A stretch of 64,000 nt of DNA from Alphaproteobacteria bacterium (GTDB lineage Bacteria; Pseudomonadota; Alphaproteobacteria; MPNO01; UBA830): positions 2,048,001-2,112,000 of the forward strand of contig OZ251539.1 in assembly GCA_965243135.1 (NCBI GenBank), written 5' to 3'. Positions within the stretch are counted from its first letter, which is position 1, and each line of letters opens with the position of its first letter. Shown here piece by piece: positions 1 to 13,038 of the stretch. Under the pieces are notes generated by a model. It made no database searches and was not told where the DNA came from. It was given only the letters and a program-made list of their open reading frames with translations. A program made the translations under genes and the position numbers.

Positions 1-656
1 AGCGCGTGCATCTCGTAGCCGAGGAATCCGATCGTCGCGTCCGCCTTGCCGGGCGCCGCGGCGAATATCGCGTCGAAGGATATGGAATTGAAGACCAGGA
101 ACACGCCCATGATGCCGAGCGCGAAGCCGAAATCGCCGATCCGGTTGACGATGAACGCCTTGATCGCCGCGGCGTTGGCTTCGGGCTTGTCGTACCAGAA
201 TCCGATCAGAAGATAGGAGCACAGGCCGACGCCCTCCCAGCCGAAGAACAGCTGCAGCAGATTGTCGGCCGTCACGAGCACCAGCATGAAAAAGGTGAAC
301 AGGCTCAGATAGGCCATGAACCGCGGGATATGGCGATCGTGGCTCATGTAGCCGACGGAATAAACGTGGACCATCGCGGACACGACCGTGACCACGAAGA
401 CCATGACCGCCGTCAGCTGGTCGAAGCGCAGGGTCCAGCTCGCTTCGAACGCGCCCGAAGCGATCCACGGGAACAGCTCGACGGTTTGCGGCCTGCCCCC
501 GAACGCGACTTCGAACAGGATCAGGCAGCCGATCGCCGCCGACAGCAGCATCGCGCCGCAGGTGACGAGCTGGGATCCCCGGTCGCCCAGCCAGCGCCCG
601 CCGAAACCCGCGAGAACGGCGGCGATCAGCGGCAGGAATATGGCCAGCGCGTACAC
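1..656 (-). CDS. nuoL: NADH-quinone oxidoreductase subunit L (5' part; runs off window start)
   Basis: Minus-strand GTG at 656 reads MYALAIFLPLIAAVLAGFGG...; later GWEGVGLCSYLLIGFWY and KAFIVNRIGD motifs; follows nuoK. Confidence 0.93.
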   Translation of the reverse strand, partial: MYALAIFLPLIAAVLAGFGGRWLGDRGSQLVTCGAMLLSAAIGCLILFEVAFGGRPQTVELFPWIASGAFEASWTLRFDQLTAVMVFVVTVVSAMVHVYSVGYMSHDRHIPRFMAYLSLFTFFMLVLVTADNLLQLFFGWEGVGLCSYLLIGFWYDKPEANAAAIKAFIVNRIGDFGFALGIMGVFLVFNSISFDAIFAAAPGKADATIGFLGYEMHA

Positions 657-657
657 G

Positions 658-963
658 TCAACCCTTCATCAGGTTGATGTCTTCGACGGCGATGGAGCCG
701 CGGTTGCGGAAATACACCACGATGACGGCAAGCCCGATCGCCGCTTCGGCGGCGGCGATCGCGAGCACGAGCAGCGCGAACACCTGCCCCGTCACGTCGC
801 CGAGATGCACGGAAAAAGCCACGAGATTGATGTTGACCGCCAGAAGCAGAAGCTCGATCGACATCAGGATGACGATGACGTTCTTGCGATTGAGGAAGAT
901 GCCGAACACGCCGAGCGTGAACAGGATCGCTGCGACCGTCAGGTAGTGCGGCAGGCCGGGCAC
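658..963 (-). CDS. nuoK: NADH-quinone oxidoreductase subunit K
   Basis: [21 protein letters not shown] and [10 protein letters not shown] motifs; operon position. Confidence 0.97.
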   Translation of the reverse strand: MPGLPHYLTVAAILFTLGVFGIFLNRKNVIVILMSIELLLLAVNINLVAFSVHLGDVTGQVFALLVLAIAAAEAAIGLAVIVVYFRNRGSIAVEDINLMKG

Positions 964-964
964 G

Positions 965-1561
965 TCAGACTCCGCTCCCCGGTTCCACCCGCCGGATTTC
1001 GACGGATTCCTCGCGCGTCCGGGACACCTGCCCGGCGATGCGCTGGCGCTTCACGCCGTCGCGCGACCGCAAGGTCAGCACGATGGCGCCGATCATGGCG
1101 ACGAGAAGGATCACGCCGGCCGCCTGGAAGAGATACACGTGATCGGTGTAGAGCACGTTGCCGATGGCGCGGGTATTGGTCGTCTCGCCCGCCCAGTCGG
1201 GCGGATACGCCGGTTCCGGCAGACCGCTGCCCAACGCCAGTATCAGTTCGGCCAGGAGCACCAGCCCGATCAGCGCGCCGGTCGGCAGGTACTGCAGGAA
1301 GCCTTGGCGCAGCTCGACGAAATTGATGTCGAGCATCATGACCACGAACAGGAACAGGACCGCGACCGCTCCGACGTAGACGATGACCAGGATCATCGCG
1401 ATGAACTCCGCTCCCATCAGCACGAAGAGGCCCGCCGCGTTGAAAAACGCGAGAATCAGGAACAGCACGGAATGCACCGGATTGCGCGCCGAGATGACCA
1501 TCACGCCGGAGGCCACGGCGACGGCGGCGAAAAGATAGAACGCGATGGCGGGTACGATCAT
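965..1561 (-). CDS. nuoJ: NADH-quinone oxidoreductase subunit J
   Basis: [11 protein letters not shown] and [17 protein letters not shown] motifs. Confidence 0.97.
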   Translation of the reverse strand: MIVPAIAFYLFAAVAVASGVMVISARNPVHSVLFLILAFFNAAGLFVLMGAEFIAMILVIVYVGAVAVLFLFVVMMLDINFVELRQGFLQYLPTGALIGLVLLAELILALGSGLPEPAYPPDWAGETTNTRAIGNVLYTDHVYLFQAAGVILLVAMIGAIVLTLRSRDGVKRQRIAGQVSRTREESVEIRRVEPGSGV

Positions 1562-1565
1562 GGGG

Positions 1566-2054
1566 TCACCTGTAGGGCGCGTCCGCCGACAGCCGCGCGG
1601 CGAGATGGCTTTCCCATCTGTCGCCGTTTTCGAGAAGCTTCTCCTTGTTGTAGATCAGCTCCTCGCGGGTCTCGGCGGCGAACTCGAAATTCGGGCCTTC
1701 GACGATCGCGTCGACGGGGCACGCCTCCTCGCAGAAACCGCAATAGATGCATTTCGTCATGTCGATGTCGTAGCGCGTGGTCCGGCGGCTGCCGTCGGCC
1801 CGCGGCTCGGCCTCTATGGTGATCGCCTGGGCCGGGCAGATCGCCTCGCACAGCTTGCAGGCGATGCAGCGCTCCTCGCCGCTGGGATAGCGCCGCAACG
1901 CGTGCTCGCCCCGGAAGCGCGGACTCAGCGGTCCCTTCTCGTAGGGGTAGTTCAGGGTGACCTTGGGCCGGAACATGTACCGCAACGTAAGCGCCAGCCC
2001 GGAAACCAGCTCCGTAAGCAGAAGCGCGCGCGTCGAGCGCTTGAAGAAAGCCAT
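1566..2054 (-). CDS. nuoI: NADH-quinone oxidoreductase subunit I
   Basis: Two 4Fe-4S motifs [12 protein letters not shown] and [12 protein letters not shown]. Confidence 0.98.
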   Translation of the reverse strand: MAFFKRSTRALLLTELVSGLALTLRYMFRPKVTLNYPYEKGPLSPRFRGEHALRRYPSGEERCIACKLCEAICPAQAITIEAEPRADGSRRTTRYDIDMTKCIYCGFCEEACPVDAIVEGPNFEFAAETREELIYNKEKLLENGDRWESHLAARLSADAPYR

Positions 2055-2057
2055 GGC

Positions 2058-3089
2058 CTATACCTCGCTTCCCGGAAGCCATCCGAACGCGACGAGCGCG
2101 CCCGCCGTAACCGCGACCCAAAGCAGGGAGAACGGCAGGAACACCTTCCAGCCGAGCCGCATCAACTGATCGTAGCGATAGCGCGGAAACGTCGCCCTCA
2201 CCCACAGGAAAACGAACAGGCACAGGGCGATCTTGGCGGCGAACCAGACGACGCCGGGAACCCACGTGAAAGGCTCCGCGTCGAAGGGCGGCAGCCAGCC
2301 GCCCAGGAACAGCACCGTGGTCAGGCCGCTCATCAGGATCATGTTCGCGTATTCGCCGAGGAAGAAGAGCGCAAAAGTCATCGACGAATACTCGACATTG
2401 TATCCCGCCACCAGTTCCGCCTCCGCCTCCGGCAGATCGAACGGATGGCGATTGGTCTCGGCCAGCGCCGACGCGAGAAAGATGACGAACATCGGCAGCA
2501 GCGGCAGCCAGAACCAGCTCCAGAACCCCGGGCCTTCCTGCGCGAGCACGATATCCGTGAGGTTCAGCGAACCGGCGCACAGCAGAACCGTGATGATCAC
2601 GAAGCCGATCGCAACTTCGTAGGAGACCATCTGCGCCGCCGAACGCAACGCGCCGAGAAAGGCGTATTTCGAGTTGCTCGCCCAACCCGCCATGATGATG
2701 CCGTACACCCCCAGCGACGAAATCGCGAAGATGTAGAGGATGCCGACGTTGATGTCGGAGAGGACCCAGCCGGCGTCGAACGGAATGACGGCCCACGCGA
2801 TCAGGCTGAGGACGAACGTCAGGATCGGCGCAAGCAGGAATATGACGCGGTTCGCCCCCGACGGCACCACCGTCTCCTTGACCAGGAGCTTGAGTCCGTC
2901 GGCGACCGGCTGCAGGAGGCCGAACGGCCCCACGACGTTGGGGCCCTTCCGGAGCTGCATCGCGGCGATGACCTTGCGCTCGGCGAACGTCAGATAGGCG
3001 ACGGCCCCCATCAGAGGCACGACGATCAGCAGGATCTGGGCGACGATGACGATTCCGGGCCAGAGGTACCCGTCCCAGAGTTCAATCAT
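2058..3089 (-). CDS. nuoH: NADH-quinone oxidoreductase subunit H
   Basis: [22 protein letters not shown] and [13 protein letters not shown] motifs. Confidence 0.98.
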   Translation of the reverse strand: MIELWDGYLWPGIVIVAQILLIVVPLMGAVAYLTFAERKVIAAMQLRKGPNVVGPFGLLQPVADGLKLLVKETVVPSGANRVIFLLAPILTFVLSLIAWAVIPFDAGWVLSDINVGILYIFAISSLGVYGIIMAGWASNSKYAFLGALRSAAQMVSYEVAIGFVIITVLLCAGSLNLTDIVLAQEGPGFWSWFWLPLLPMFVIFLASALAETNRHPFDLPEAEAELVAGYNVEYSSMTFALFFLGEYANMILMSGLTTVLFLGGWLPPFDAEPFTWVPGVVWFAAKIALCLFVFLWVRATFPRYRYDQLMRLGWKVFLPFSLLWVAVTAGALVAFGWLPGSEV

Positions 3090-5127
3090 CGCCGGACGTT
3101 CCGAACGCGCTCGAGCAAGCCGCCATCGTCGGCGACGCGCGGGAAACCGGATCGGTCATGTAAAAGTTCCGCATCGCGATCCGGAAAGGCTCGGAATCCA
3201 GATTTCCGGGAGCGCCGAACGCGGTCCACGGCGCGGGTTCGACGACGTCGAGCCTCCCGAGCGGCGGCGCGATCTCGGCCATGCGCGCGCGCAACTCGCC
3301 GAGCGTGTCGAAGGCGAGCGTCTTTCCCAGCGCTTCGGAAAGCGCCCGCAGCACCTTCCAGTCGTCGCGCGCGTCGCCGGGCGGGAACACGGCGCGCCGA
3401 CCCCGCTGCGCCCGGCCCTCCGTATTGACCCAGGTGCCCTCCTTCTCCGTATAGGCCGCGCCCGGAAGGACGACGTCGGCCGCCTCCGCTCCGGCGTCGC
3501 CGTGATGGCCCTGATAGACCACGAAAGCGTCGGCCAGTTTGGAAACGTCGATTTCGTCGGCCGCCAGGAGATAGACGAAGCCGATCTTCCCGGCCGCGGC
3601 GCCGTCCAGAATTCCCGCGACGTCCCTGCCGCCCGGGCCGGGCGTCAGCCCGAGATCGAGCCCCGCGACCCGCGCCGCCGCCGCGTGCAGGACGTTGAAG
3701 CCGTTCCACTCGTCGACCACCATGCCGCAGGATACGGCGACCTCGCGCGCGGTCCACAGGACGGCCTCGCCGTCGTCGCGGGCAAGCGCGCCCTGGCCGA
3801 GAACCAGCATGGGGCGCCGGGCCCGCTCGAGAATTCCGGCGAAGGGGTGCGAGCCTCCGGCGATCTCCGCAAGAACGCCGGGGTTCGCGCCGAGGCGCTC
3901 GTAGCCATAGGTCAGATCCGTCGCCTCGCCGACGAGGCCGACCGCGAAGCCGCCGGCCAGGCTGCGCTTGCGCAGGCGGGCGTTGACGATCGGCGCTTCG
4001 CGGCGCGGGTCGGCGCCGATCAGCAAGCAGGCGTCCGCATCCTCGATGCCGGCTATGGTGGTATTGAACGTGTACGCGGCCCTGGTTTTCGCCGGCAGCC
4101 GCGCTCCGTCCTGCCGGCAATCGACGTTGGGCGAGCCGAGCGCCGTCATCAGCTCCTTCAGCGCCGTCATCGATTCGGCGTCGCACTGGTCGCCGGCGAG
4201 GGCGGCGATCCGGGAGCCGTCCATGCCCCGCAGCCTGTCCGCGATCGCGTCGAAAGCGTCCCGCCAGGTCGCCGGCCGCAACTTGCCCGCTTTCCGCACG
4301 TAAGGACGGTCGAGTCGCTGGCGCGCCAGGCCGTCGCAAGCGTGGCGGGTCTTGTCGGAGATCCATTCCTCGTTGATCTCCTCGTTGAGAGCCGGAAGCA
4401 CCCGCAGCACCTCGCGGCCCCGGCTGTCGATCCGGATGTTGCTGCCGACCGCGTCCATGACGTCGACGGACTCCGTCCGCGTCAGCTCCCACGACCGCGC
4501 CGCGAAGGCGTAGGGCTTGGACGTCAGGGCTCCGACCGGACAGAGATCGACGATGTTGCCCGACAGCTCCGACGCGATCGTCCGCTCCACGTAAGTGCCG
4601 ACTTCCATGTGCTCGCCGCGGCCGGTCGCTCCCAGCACCTCGACGCCCGCCACTTCGGTCGAGAAGCGGATGCAGCGCGTGCAGTGAATGCAACGCGTCA
4701 TGTGGGTTTCGATCAACGGCCCGAGGTTCTTGTCCTGCACGGCCCTCTTGTTCTCGGCGTAACGCGACCGGTCGTAGCCGTAGGCCATCGCCTGATCCTG
4801 GAGGTCGCACTCGCCCCCCTGGTCGCATATCGGACAGTCGAGAGGATGGTTGATCAGCAGGAACTCCATCACGCCGTTGCGCGCCTTCCGGACCATCTCC
4901 GTGTCCGTGCGGATCACCATCCCGTCTCCGGCCGGCATGGCGCAGGACGCGATCGGCTTGGGCGCGCGCTCCATCTCGACGAGGCACATGCGGCAGTTGC
5001 CCGCGACCGACAGGCGTTCGTGATAGCAGAAGCGCGGGATTTCGAGGCCCGCCTGCTCGCAGGCCTGCAGGACGGTGACGCCGTTCGCGACCTCAATCTC
5101 GGCGCCGTCGATGGTGAGTGTCGGCAT
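3082..5127 (-). CDS. nuoG: NADH-quinone oxidoreductase subunit G
   Basis: Start MPTLTIDG at 5127; [19 protein letters not shown] and [18 protein letters not shown] Fe-S motifs. Confidence 0.97.
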   Translation of the reverse strand: MPTLTIDGAEIEVANGVTVLQACEQAGLEIPRFCYHERLSVAGNCRMCLVEMERAPKPIASCAMPAGDGMVIRTDTEMVRKARNGVMEFLLINHPLDCPICDQGGECDLQDQAMAYGYDRSRYAENKRAVQDKNLGPLIETHMTRCIHCTRCIRFSTEVAGVEVLGATGRGEHMEVGTYVERTIASELSGNIVDLCPVGALTSKPYAFAARSWELTRTESVDVMDAVGSNIRIDSRGREVLRVLPALNEEINEEWISDKTRHACDGLARQRLDRPYVRKAGKLRPATWRDAFDAIADRLRGMDGSRIAALAGDQCDAESMTALKELMTALGSPNVDCRQDGARLPAKTRAAYTFNTTIAGIEDADACLLIGADPRREAPIVNARLRKRSLAGGFAVGLVGEATDLTYGYERLGANPGVLAEIAGGSHPFAGILERARRPMLVLGQGALARDDGEAVLWTAREVAVSCGMVVDEWNGFNVLHAAAARVAGLDLGLTPGPGGRDVAGILDGAAAGKIGFVYLLAADEIDVSKLADAFVVYQGHHGDAGAEAADVVLPGAAYTEKEGTWVNTEGRAQRGRRAVFPPGDARDDWKVLRALSEALGKTLAFDTLGELRARMAEIAPPLGRLDVVEPAPWTAFGAPGNLDSEPFRIAMRNFYMTDPVSRASPTMAACSSAFGTSGDD

Positions 5128-5138
5128 GCCTCTTCCCT

Positions 5139-6407
5139 TCAGGCCGCGCGCCGGGCTATCCGGTCTTCGATCTCGTCCCGGAAGTGCCGGATCAGGCCCT
5201 GAACCGGCCATGCGGCCGCATCCCCCAAAGCGCAGATCGTGTGGCCTTCGATCTCATGGGAGACGTCCAGCAGCATGTCGATTTCCGCGGACTCCGCCTC
5301 GCCCCTCACGAGCCGCTCCATGACCCGCCACATCCAGCCCGTGCCTTCGCGGCAGGGCGTGCACTGGCCGCAGCTCTCGTGCTTGTAGAACTTCGAAAGC
5401 CGGGCGATGGCCGCGATCACGTCCGTCGACCGGTCCATGACGATGACGGCGGCGGTGCCGAGCCCGGACTTCGCCTCCCGCAGCGCGTCGAAGTCCATCA
5501 GGACGGCGTCGCAGACGGATTTGGGAATGAGCGGAACCGAGGCGCCGCCGGGAATGACGGCCTTCAGATTGCTCCAGCCGCCGCGCACGCCGCCTGCGTG
5601 GCGCTCGACGAGCTCCTTCAGCGGGATGCTCATCTCCTCCTCGACGTTGCAAGGCCGCTCGACGTGGCCGGATATGCAGAAGATCTTGGTTCCCGTGTTG
5701 TTTTCCCGGCCGAAGCCCGAAAACCAGGACGCGCCGCGCCGGCAGATCGCGGGAGCGACCGCGATGGTCTCGACGTTGTTGATGGTCGTCGGACAGCCGT
5801 AGAGGCCGGCGGCCGCGGGAAAAGGCGGCTTGATTCGCGGCTGCCCTTTCTTGCCTTCGAGGCTTTCGAGAAGGGCGGTTTCTTCGCCGCAGATGTAGGC
5901 GCCCGCGCCTCGATGCACGTGGACTTCGAAATCGTATCCCGAACCGCAGGCGTTGCGGCCGATAAGCCCGGCGTCGCGCGCCTCGTCCACGGCGCCCTGC
6001 AGCCTCTCGGCTTCGCGGAAGAACTCGCCCCGCACGTAGACGTACGCGGCGACCGCGCCCATCGCGAAGCCGGCGATCAAGCAGCCCTCGACGAGCTTGT
6101 GCGGATCGTGCCGCAGTATATCGCGATCCTTGCAGGTGCCGGGTTCGGACTCGTCGGCGTTCACCACGAGGTAGGCGGGCCGCCCGTCCGACTCCTTCGG
6201 CATGAACGACCACTTGAGGCCGGCGGGAAAGCCTGCGCCGCCGCGGCCCCGCAGTCCGGAATCCTTGACCTCGTTGACGATCCAGTCCCGTCCCTTCGCA
6301 AGAATTCCCGCAGTGCCGTCCCAGTCGCCGCGCTTGCGCGCGGCCTCCAGCCGCCAGTCCTCGAAACCGTACAGGTTGGTGAAGATCCGGTCCTTGTCGG
6401 TCAGCAT
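5139..6407 (-). CDS. nuoF: NADH-quinone oxidoreductase subunit F
   Basis: Start MLTDKDRIF; [23 protein letters not shown] and [12 protein letters not shown] motifs. Confidence 0.98.
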   Translation of the reverse strand: MLTDKDRIFTNLYGFEDWRLEAARKRGDWDGTAGILAKGRDWIVNEVKDSGLRGRGGAGFPAGLKWSFMPKESDGRPAYLVVNADESEPGTCKDRDILRHDPHKLVEGCLIAGFAMGAVAAYVYVRGEFFREAERLQGAVDEARDAGLIGRNACGSGYDFEVHVHRGAGAYICGEETALLESLEGKKGQPRIKPPFPAAAGLYGCPTTINNVETIAVAPAICRRGASWFSGFGRENNTGTKIFCISGHVERPCNVEEEMSIPLKELVERHAGGVRGGWSNLKAVIPGGASVPLIPKSVCDAVLMDFDALREAKSGLGTAAVIVMDRSTDVIAAIARLSKFYKHESCGQCTPCREGTGWMWRVMERLVRGEAESAEIDMLLDVSHEIEGHTICALGDAAAWPVQGLIRHFRDEIEDRIARRAA

Positions 6408-6997
6408 CCCGCCTTCTTCCCGCCGGACGGCGCCAGCGCCGTCAGTTCGCCCTCCGGTTCCGAAGCCTTTCGCCCCGCCATCGATCCCGGCGGCGGCCGT
6501 TCGCCGCGACGGAGCGTCCGAATCAACTCCCGCGCGCCGTCGGGGTCGACGTCTTCGAAATAGTCGTCGTCGATCCACAAGACGGGCGCATTCACGCAGG
6601 CGCCCAGGCACTCGAACTCGCTCAACGCGGCCAGGCCGTCGGCCGCTATCCCGCCGACGCGGCATCCGAGCTCGTCCTCGCAGGCCTCGACGATCGCGGC
6701 GCTTCCTCTGAGCCAGCAAGGCGTCGTCGTGCATACGCGGACTTCGTGCCGTCCCCGCGGGGCGTCGTGGAACATCTCGTAGAACGTGACCACTTCGTAG
6801 ACCCGGATCGGAGCCATGTCGAGGAGTTCCGCCACCCGGTCCATCGCCGCGCGCGGCAGCCAGCCGCCGCACTGGCGCTGGGCGAGATCGAGAAGCGGCA
6901 GCACGGCGCTCGCCTTCCTCTCCGGCGGATACTTGGCGACGTGCATCTCCGCGAGCCGGCGGTTCTCCTCGTCGAAGGAGAAGGTTTCCCGGCTCAT
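6401..6997 (-). CDS. nuoE: NADH-quinone oxidoreductase subunit E
   Basis: Start [11 protein letters not shown]; [10 protein letters not shown] and [10 protein letters not shown] 2Fe-2S motifs. Confidence 0.96.
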   Translation of the reverse strand: MSRETFSFDEENRRLAEMHVAKYPPERKASAVLPLLDLAQRQCGGWLPRAAMDRVAELLDMAPIRVYEVVTFYEMFHDAPRGRHEVRVCTTTPCWLRGSAAIVEACEDELGCRVGGIAADGLAALSEFECLGACVNAPVLWIDDDYFEDVDPDGARELIRTLRRGERPPPGSMAGRKASEPEGELTALAPSGGKKAGC

Positions 6998-8166
6998 CGG
7001 TCGATCTCGCCGAACACGATGTCCATCGACCCCACGATCGCCACCATGTCGGCCAGCATGTGCCCTTTCGACAGAAATTCCGTCGCCTGCAGAAACGCGA
7101 ATCCGGGCGCGCGAATCTTGCAGCGATAGGGCCGGTTCGTGCCGTCCGCCACGAGAAAGACGCCGAACTCCCCCTTCGGGGCCTCCACGGCAGTGTAGGT
7201 CTCCCCCGCCGGCACGCGATAACCCTCCGTGTAGAGCTTGAAGTGGTGGATGAGCGCTTCCATGGACCGCTTCATTTCCTTGCGGTCCGGCGGCGAGATC
7301 TTCTGGTCGCGCGCGCGGACCGGTCCCTCGGGCAGTTCGGCGAGGCACTGCCTGACGATCCGCAGGCTCTGGCGCATCTCCTCGATGCGGACCAGATAGC
7401 GGTCGAAGCAGTCGCCGTTCTTCCCGACCGGCACGTCGAAATCCATCCGGGCGTAGACGTCGTAAGGCTGCGCCTTGCGCAGGTCCCACGGCACGCCGCT
7501 GGCCCGCAACATCGGTCCCGAGAACCCCCAGTCCAGCGCGTCGTCCTTGCCGACGACGCCGACGTCCACCGTCCTCTGGCGAAAAATCCGGTTTTCGGTA
7601 AGCAGCGACTCGACGTCGTCGATAACGCTCGGAAAACCGTCGCAGAACGCGGCGATGTCGTCCGTCAGCCCCGCCGGCAGGTCGCGGTGCACGCCCCCCG
7701 GCCTGAAGTAGGCCGCATGCAGCCGGGCCCCGGAAACGCGTTCGTAGAACTCCATCAGTTTTTCGCGTTCCTCGAAACCCCAAAGCAGCGGCGTCATGGC
7801 TCCGACGTCGAGAGCGAACGCGCTGACGTTGAGGATATGGTTCAGAAGGCGCGTGATCTCGCTGAACAACACCCTGACGTACTGGCCGCGCGGCGGCACT
7901 TCGATTCCGGCGAGCTTTTCGACGGCGAGCGCGAAGGCGTGCTCCTGGCACATCGGCGAGACGTAATCGAGCCGGTCGAAATAAGGGACCGCCTGCAGGT
8001 AGGTCTTGTATTCGATGAGCTTTTCCGTTCCCCGATGAAGCAGCCCGATGTGAGGGTCGCATCTCTCGACGGTCTCGCCGTCCATTTCGACCACGAGCCG
8101 CAACACGCCGTGAGCCGCGGGATGCTGCGGCCCGAAATTCATCGTCAGGTTCTTGACCTCGGTCAT
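6994..8166 (-). CDS. nuoD: NADH-quinone oxidoreductase subunit D
   Basis: Start [24 protein letters not shown]; ends DIVFGEIDR. Confidence 0.98.
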   Translation of the reverse strand: MTEVKNLTMNFGPQHPAAHGVLRLVVEMDGETVERCDPHIGLLHRGTEKLIEYKTYLQAVPYFDRLDYVSPMCQEHAFALAVEKLAGIEVPPRGQYVRVLFSEITRLLNHILNVSAFALDVGAMTPLLWGFEEREKLMEFYERVSGARLHAAYFRPGGVHRDLPAGLTDDIAAFCDGFPSVIDDVESLLTENRIFRQRTVDVGVVGKDDALDWGFSGPMLRASGVPWDLRKAQPYDVYARMDFDVPVGKNGDCFDRYLVRIEEMRQSLRIVRQCLAELPEGPVRARDQKISPPDRKEMKRSMEALIHHFKLYTEGYRVPAGETYTAVEAPKGEFGVFLVADGTNRPYRCKIRAPGFAFLQATEFLSKGHMLADMVAIVGSMDIVFGEIDR

Positions 8167-8762
8167 CGGCCGGCGCCGTCCGCCTTTTCGTCGCCCGGAA
8201 GGCCCTCCCAGGGGCTGGTGAAATCGAAGTTCCGGAAATCCTGAACCAGGCTCACCGGCTCGTAGACGACGCTCTTCCGCTCCTCGTCGTAGCGCACCTC
8301 GACGTAGCCAGTCAGCGGGAAATCCTTGCGCAGCGGATGGCCTTCGAAGCCGTAATCGGTGAGCATGCGCCGAAGGTCCGGATGCCCGCTGAAGCGGACG
8401 CCGAACATGTCCCACACCTCGCGTTCGAACCATCCGGCGGCGCTGTAGCAGGCCACCGCCGACGGAACCGGGGTCTCCTCGCCGGCCGCCACCTTGACCC
8501 GGACGCGCTGATTGTGCGCCAGGCTCAACAGGTTGTAGACGACGTCGAACCGTTCCTCGCGTTCCGGACGGTCCACCGCCGTCACGTCGACCAGCATCTT
8601 GAACAGGCAGTTCGCGTCGTCGCGCAGAAACTTCAGCGCCGCCGGCAGCTGCTCGCGGGCGCAGCGCAGCGCCAACTCTCCGCGCGAGATGGAGCTGGAC
8701 TGGAAGGCCGTCCCGGCTTTGCCGGAGACGTATTCCGCCAATTCGACGAGCGCTTCGTCCAT
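8163..8762 (-). CDS. nuoC: NADH-quinone oxidoreductase subunit C
   Basis: EREVWDMFG and [10 protein letters not shown] motifs. Confidence 0.98.
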   Translation of the reverse strand: MDEALVELAEYVSGKAGTAFQSSSISRGELALRCAREQLPAALKFLRDDANCLFKMLVDVTAVDRPEREERFDVVYNLLSLAHNQRVRVKVAAGEETPVPSAVACYSAAGWFEREVWDMFGVRFSGHPDLRRMLTDYGFEGHPLRKDFPLTGYVEVRYDEERKSVVYEPVSLVQDFRNFDFTSPWEGLPGDEKADGAGR

Positions 8763-8773
8763 TTCCGCCCTTC

Positions 8774-9280
8774 CTACCGCGCGACGGTGCTAGTGCGCCT
8801 GATTTTCTTCTGCAACTGAAGAATGCCGTAGAGCAGCGCCTCGGCCGTCGGCGGACAGCCGGGCACGTAGACGTCGACCGGCACGATCCTGTCGCAGCCG
8901 CGCACGACGGAATAGGAATAGTGGTAGTAGCCGCCGCCGTTGGCGCAGCTGCCCATCGAGATCACCCAGCGCGGCTCGGCCATCTGGTCGTAGACCTTGC
9001 GCAACGCGGGCGCCATCTTGTTCGTCAGCGTGCCGGCGACGATCATCACGTCGGATTGCCGGGGGCTCGGACGGAACACGACTCCGAACCGGTCGAGATC
9101 GTAGCGGCTGGCCGCCGTATGCATCATTTCCACGGCGCAGCAGGCGAGGCCGAACGTCATCGGCCAGAGCGATCCCGACTGGGCCCACGAAACGAGCTTG
9201 TCCATCCGGGTGACGAGAAAGCCCTTGTCGCCGAGTTCGTTCGCGAGGCCGTGCGCGGCCGGGCCGGAGTCTATTCCCAT
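8774..9280 (-). CDS. nuoB: NADH-quinone oxidoreductase subunit B
   Basis: [20 protein letters not shown] and PGCPP motifs; start taken at MGIDSG (9280). Confidence 0.97.
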   Translation of the reverse strand: MGIDSGPAAHGLANELGDKGFLVTRMDKLVSWAQSGSLWPMTFGLACCAVEMMHTAASRYDLDRFGVVFRPSPRQSDVMIVAGTLTNKMAPALRKVYDQMAEPRWVISMGSCANGGGYYHYSYSVVRGCDRIVPVDVYVPGCPPTAEALLYGILQLQKKIRRTSTVAR

Positions 9281-9636
9281 TCGAGAGCGCCCTTTCTCCA
9301 TTCGTAGGCGAACCCTACGGTCAGCACGCCCAGGAACGCCATCATCGACCAGAAGCCGAACGCGCCGATGTCCGACAGGGAAACCGCCCAGGGAAAAAGA
9401 AAGGCGATTTCGAGGTCGAAAACGATGAACAGGATGGCCACGAGATAGAATCTCACGTCGAACTGCCCGCGCGCGTCGTCGAACGCGTCGAAGCCGCATT
9501 CGTAAGCGGACGCCTTTTCCGGATCGGGACGCTGGCGCGCGACGATCCAGGAAGCGACGAGCGCCGCGACCGCGAGGCCGACCGCGATCCCGATGAAGAT
9601 CAGGATCGGCAAGTATTCGAGCATCATGCCTTCCAT
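9271..9636 (-). CDS. nuoA: NADH-quinone oxidoreductase subunit A
   Basis: [18 protein letters not shown] and [11 protein letters not shown] motifs. Confidence 0.97.
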   Translation of the reverse strand: MEGMMLEYLPILIFIGIAVGLAVAALVASWIVARQRPDPEKASAYECGFDAFDDARGQFDVRFYLVAILFIVFDLEIAFLFPWAVSLSDIGAFGFWSMMAFLGVLTVGFAYEWRKGALEWE

Positions 9637-9757
9637 GCGAAAGCCCCGGAGGCGGCGGGCCGACGGCCGCCCGCGACCCGCTTTATACGTTCAACGGCAC
9701 GGAAACTCAAAAGCATGGGAAAGGCGCGCGCACTTGCGCGACGACGCTCCGGCGGAG

Positions 9758-9835
9758 TGGCGGGAGTGACGGGACTCGAACCCGCGGCCTCTGGCGTGAC
9801 AGGCCAGCGCTCTAACCAAACTGAGCTACACCCCC
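9758..9835 (-). tRNA. tRNA-Asp (GTC)
   Basis: Cloverleaf GGGGGTG...CTGTCAC loop...TTCGAGT...CACTCCCGCCA. Confidence 0.97.
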
Positions 9836-9848
9836 TGCGGGAGAGCCA

Positions 9849-9877
9849 GATCTAGTCCTTTCCGTTCGGGGCGTCAA
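9849..9877 (-). promoter_or_regulatory. Putative sigma70 promoter of tRNA-Asp
   Basis: TTGACG-17nt-TAGATC directly upstream of the tRNA. Confidence 0.55.
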
Positions 9878-9889
9878 TGCCGACGGCCA

Positions 9890-9965
9890 TGGTGGGCGGT
9901 GACGGGATCGAACCGCCGACCTACGCGGTGTAAACGCGTCGCTCTTCCATCTGAGCTAACCGCCC
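9890..9965 (-). tRNA. tRNA-Val (TAC)
   Basis: Cloverleaf GGGCGGT...TTTACAC loop...TTCGATC...ACCGCCCACCA. Confidence 0.97.
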
Positions 9966-9998
9966 GGAACATGACGTCCCGAAGGAACCGCGAGGCGG

Positions 9999-10271
9999 CT
10001 AGCGCACGGCTTCCTTGAGAGGCTTGCCCGGCTTGAACTTGGGCTGGCGGGACGCCGGAACCTGAATGACCTCGCCGGTCTGCGGGTTGCGGCCGGTCGA
10101 CGCCTTGCGATCGACGACGGAAAACGTCCCGAAACCGACGAGGCGCACTTCGTCGCCCTTGCCGAGCGCGTTCTTTATGGAATCGAACACGGCATCGACA
10201 GCGTCCGCCGCATCGGCCTTGGTGAGGGAGGAGAGTTCGGCTACGGAAGCCACGAGATCGTTCTTGTTCAC
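9999..10271 (-). CDS. hupB: HU family DNA-binding protein
   Basis: GTG start MNKNDLV; VRLVGFGTF and GRNPQTGE motifs; canonical position downstream of lon. Confidence 0.93.
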   Translation of the reverse strand: MNKNDLVASVAELSSLTKADAADAVDAVFDSIKNALGKGDEVRLVGFGTFSVVDRKASTGRNPQTGEVIQVPASRQPKFKPGKPLKEAVR

Positions 10272-10348
10272 GGCATACCCTTTCGACATAACCAGCGAAA
10301 CGACCAACTCATCCTGAAGCCGGAGCGTGGCCACCTTCGCTTCATCAA

Positions 10349-10378
10349 AGTGTAACGACCGACTTCCGTTAGCGTCAA
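10349..10378 (-). promoter_or_regulatory. Putative sigma70 promoter of the HU gene
   Basis: TTGACG-18nt-TACACT preceded by an A/T-rich upstream stretch. Confidence 0.5.
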
Positions 10379-10579
10379 TCGTAAAAAATCTCTATTTTTC
10401 AGCTAATTGGCGGCGATTCGTTTCGAATCGAGCCTACCGATTCGTTTTTCGGTCCAAGAAGCTCTCGTCCGAACCGACTTTCCGGCGCTTCGCCGACGCC
10501 GGAAAAAAGCGCCGCCGACGCGCCTGGAAGCGGCGGCTCGCCCGCGCCGCCCGGCGGCGGTCGGCCCGCACCCGAACCT

Positions 10580-12982
10580 TCAGTGGGTCACCACGCCTTC
10601 GACGTTCGGCTTCGCCTCGCGGCCGGCCAGGGCGGCCGCCTCTTCTTCGTCCCATTCGATCGGAACCGGCTGACGCGACAGCGCCTCGGAAAGCACTTCG
10701 TCCACCGAACTCACCGGCACGATCTTGAGGCCCTTCTTCACGTTCTCCGGGATCTCGACCAGTTCCTTCTCGTTCTCCTTCGGAACCAGCACCGTGCTTA
10801 TGCCGCCTCGATGAGCCGCGAGCAGCTTCTCCTTCAGTCCGCCGATCGGCAGCACGCGGCCGCGCAGGGTGATTTCCCCGGTCATGGCGACGTCGCGCCG
10901 AACCGGAATCCCGCTCAGGGCGGAGACGATCGACGTGCACATCGCGACGCCCGCGGAAGGCCCGTCCTTGGGCGTGGCGCCTTCGGGCACGTGCACGTGA
11001 ATGTCGCGCTTCTCGAACGTCGTCGGCCGAATGCCGAACACGGCCAGCCTGGACCGCACGTAGCTGCGCGCCGCCTGCACCGATTCCTGCATCACGTTTC
11101 CAAGCTTGCCGGTCTGCGAAACCGCGCCCTTGCCCGGCATCACCAGCGCCTCGACGGAAAGCAGTTCCCCGCCGACTTCCGTCCAGGCGAGGCCGTTGGT
11201 CACGCCCACGAGATCCTCCGATTCGATTTCTCCGAATCGATAGCGCGGCACGCCTGCGTAGGTCTTGAGATTCCTGCGCGTGATTCGCAGCCTCTTCTTG
11301 TCGCCCGAGAGTTCCTTCACGGCCTTGCGCGCGAGATTCGCGAGCTCGCGCTCGAGATTGCGGACGCCGGCTTCGCGCGTGTAGAGGCGGATCAGTTCCC
11401 GGAGCGCGTCGTCGGCGATGGACCATTCCGACTTCTTGAGGCCGTGCGCCTCCATCTGCTTTCCGATGAGGTGGCGCCGGGCGATCTGAACCTTCTCGTC
11501 TTCGGTGTATCCGGACAGCCGGATGACTTCCATCCTGTCGAGAAGCGGCTGCGGCATGCGCAGCGTGTTGGCCGTGGTGAGGAACATCACGTCCGACAGA
11601 TCGTAATCGACTTCCAGATAGTGATCCTGGAACGTGTTGTTCTGCTCGGGATCGAGCACCTCCAGCAACGCCGAGGTGGGGTCGCCGCGCCAGTCCGAAC
11701 CCAGCTTGTCGACCTCGTCCAGGAGGAACAGCGGGTTCGAGGATTTCGCCTTCTTCATGTTCTGGACGATCTTGCCCGGCATGGAGCCGATGTAGGTGCG
11801 CCGGTGCCCGCGAATCTCCGCCTCGTCCCGGACGCCGCCCAGCGACACCCGCACGAAATTGCGCCCGGTGGCGCGGGCGATCGACTTGCCGAGCGAGGTC
11901 TTGCCGACTCCGGGCGGGCCGACGAGGCAGAGTATGGGACCCTTCACCTTGCGGACGCGCATCTGCACCGCGAGATATTCGAGAATTCGCTCCTTCACCT
12001 TGTCCAGGCTGTAATGGTCCTCGTTCAGGACCTTCTCCGCCAGCTTGATGTCCTTTTTCACGCGCGAATACTTGCGCCACGGAATGGCGAGCAGCCAGTC
12101 GAGGTAATTCCTGACCACGGTCGCTTCCGCCGACATCGGGCTCATCGACCTGAGCTTCTTGAGCTCGGTCTTCGCCTTCTCCCTGGCCTCCTTGGTTAGC
12201 TTGGTCTTCTTGATTCGCTGCTCGAGCTCGCTGGCCTCGTCGACGCTCTCCTCGGAACCGCCGAGCTCCTTCTGGATCGCCTTGAGCTGCTCGTTCAGAT
12301 AATATTCCCTCTGCGACTTCTCCATCTGCCGCTTGACGCGGCTGCGGATGCGCTTCTCGACCTGCAGAACCCCGATCTCCGATTCCATGAACCCGTAGGC
12401 GCGCTCGAGCCGCTCCGCGGGCGAAACGAGTTCGAGCAGTTCCTGCTTCTCGGAAATCTTGAGCGCCAGATGCGAGGCGATCGTATCGGACAGCTTGCCC
12501 GGCTCGTCGATCTGGTTGAGCGAAACCAGCACCTCGGGCGGAATCTTCTTGTTGAGCTTGATGTACTGCTCGAACTGGCCGATCACTGATCCTCCGAGGG
12601 CGTCGAAGTCCTTGCCGGCGTCCTTGACGTCCTCCATCCGCTCGACTTCGGCCTCGAAGAAGTCGTCGTCCTTGGCGTACCGGACGATCCGCGCCCGGTG
12701 GCTGCCTTCGACCAGAATCTTCACGGTGCCGTCCGGCAGATTGAGCAGCTGCAGCACGGTGCCGACCGTGCCGACGGAGTAGATGTCCCCGGGAGCCGGA
12801 TCGTCCTCGCCCGCGTTCTTCTGGGCGATCAGCAGGATCTGCTTGTCGTCCTGCATGACCCCCTTGAGGGCCCGGACCGACTTTTCGCGCCCCACGAAGA
12901 GCGGCACGATCATGTGCGGAAAAACGACGATGTCTCTCAACGGGAGAACCGGTAGCGTCGTTGTCTGGTCTGAATCGGCCAT
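10580..12982 (-). CDS. lon: Lon ATP-dependent protease
   Basis: LPVLPLRD N-domain, GPPGVGKTS Walker A, PKDGPSAG catalytic Ser motif. Confidence 0.98.
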   Translation of the reverse strand: MADSDQTTTLPVLPLRDIVVFPHMIVPLFVGREKSVRALKGVMQDDKQILLIAQKNAGEDDPAPGDIYSVGTVGTVLQLLNLPDGTVKILVEGSHRARIVRYAKDDDFFEAEVERMEDVKDAGKDFDALGGSVIGQFEQYIKLNKKIPPEVLVSLNQIDEPGKLSDTIASHLALKISEKQELLELVSPAERLERAYGFMESEIGVLQVEKRIRSRVKRQMEKSQREYYLNEQLKAIQKELGGSEESVDEASELEQRIKKTKLTKEAREKAKTELKKLRSMSPMSAEATVVRNYLDWLLAIPWRKYSRVKKDIKLAEKVLNEDHYSLDKVKERILEYLAVQMRVRKVKGPILCLVGPPGVGKTSLGKSIARATGRNFVRVSLGGVRDEAEIRGHRRTYIGSMPGKIVQNMKKAKSSNPLFLLDEVDKLGSDWRGDPTSALLEVLDPEQNNTFQDHYLEVDYDLSDVMFLTTANTLRMPQPLLDRMEVIRLSGYTEDEKVQIARRHLIGKQMEAHGLKKSEWSIADDALRELIRLYTREAGVRNLERELANLARKAVKELSGDKKRLRITRRNLKTYAGVPRYRFGEIESEDLVGVTNGLAWTEVGGELLSVEALVMPGKGAVSQTGKLGNVMQESVQAARSYVRSRLAVFGIRPTTFEKRDIHVHVPEGATPKDGPSAGVAMCTSIVSALSGIPVRRDVAMTGEITLRGRVLPIGGLKEKLLAAHRGGISTVLVPKENEKELVEIPENVKKGLKIVPVSSVDEVLSEALSRQPVPIEWDEEEAAALAGREAKPNVEGVVTH

Positions 12983-13038
12983 TCTGCTGCTCCGTTAGGT
13001 GTGCGCGAGTTCTCAATGTGGTTCGGGACGCGCGGAAA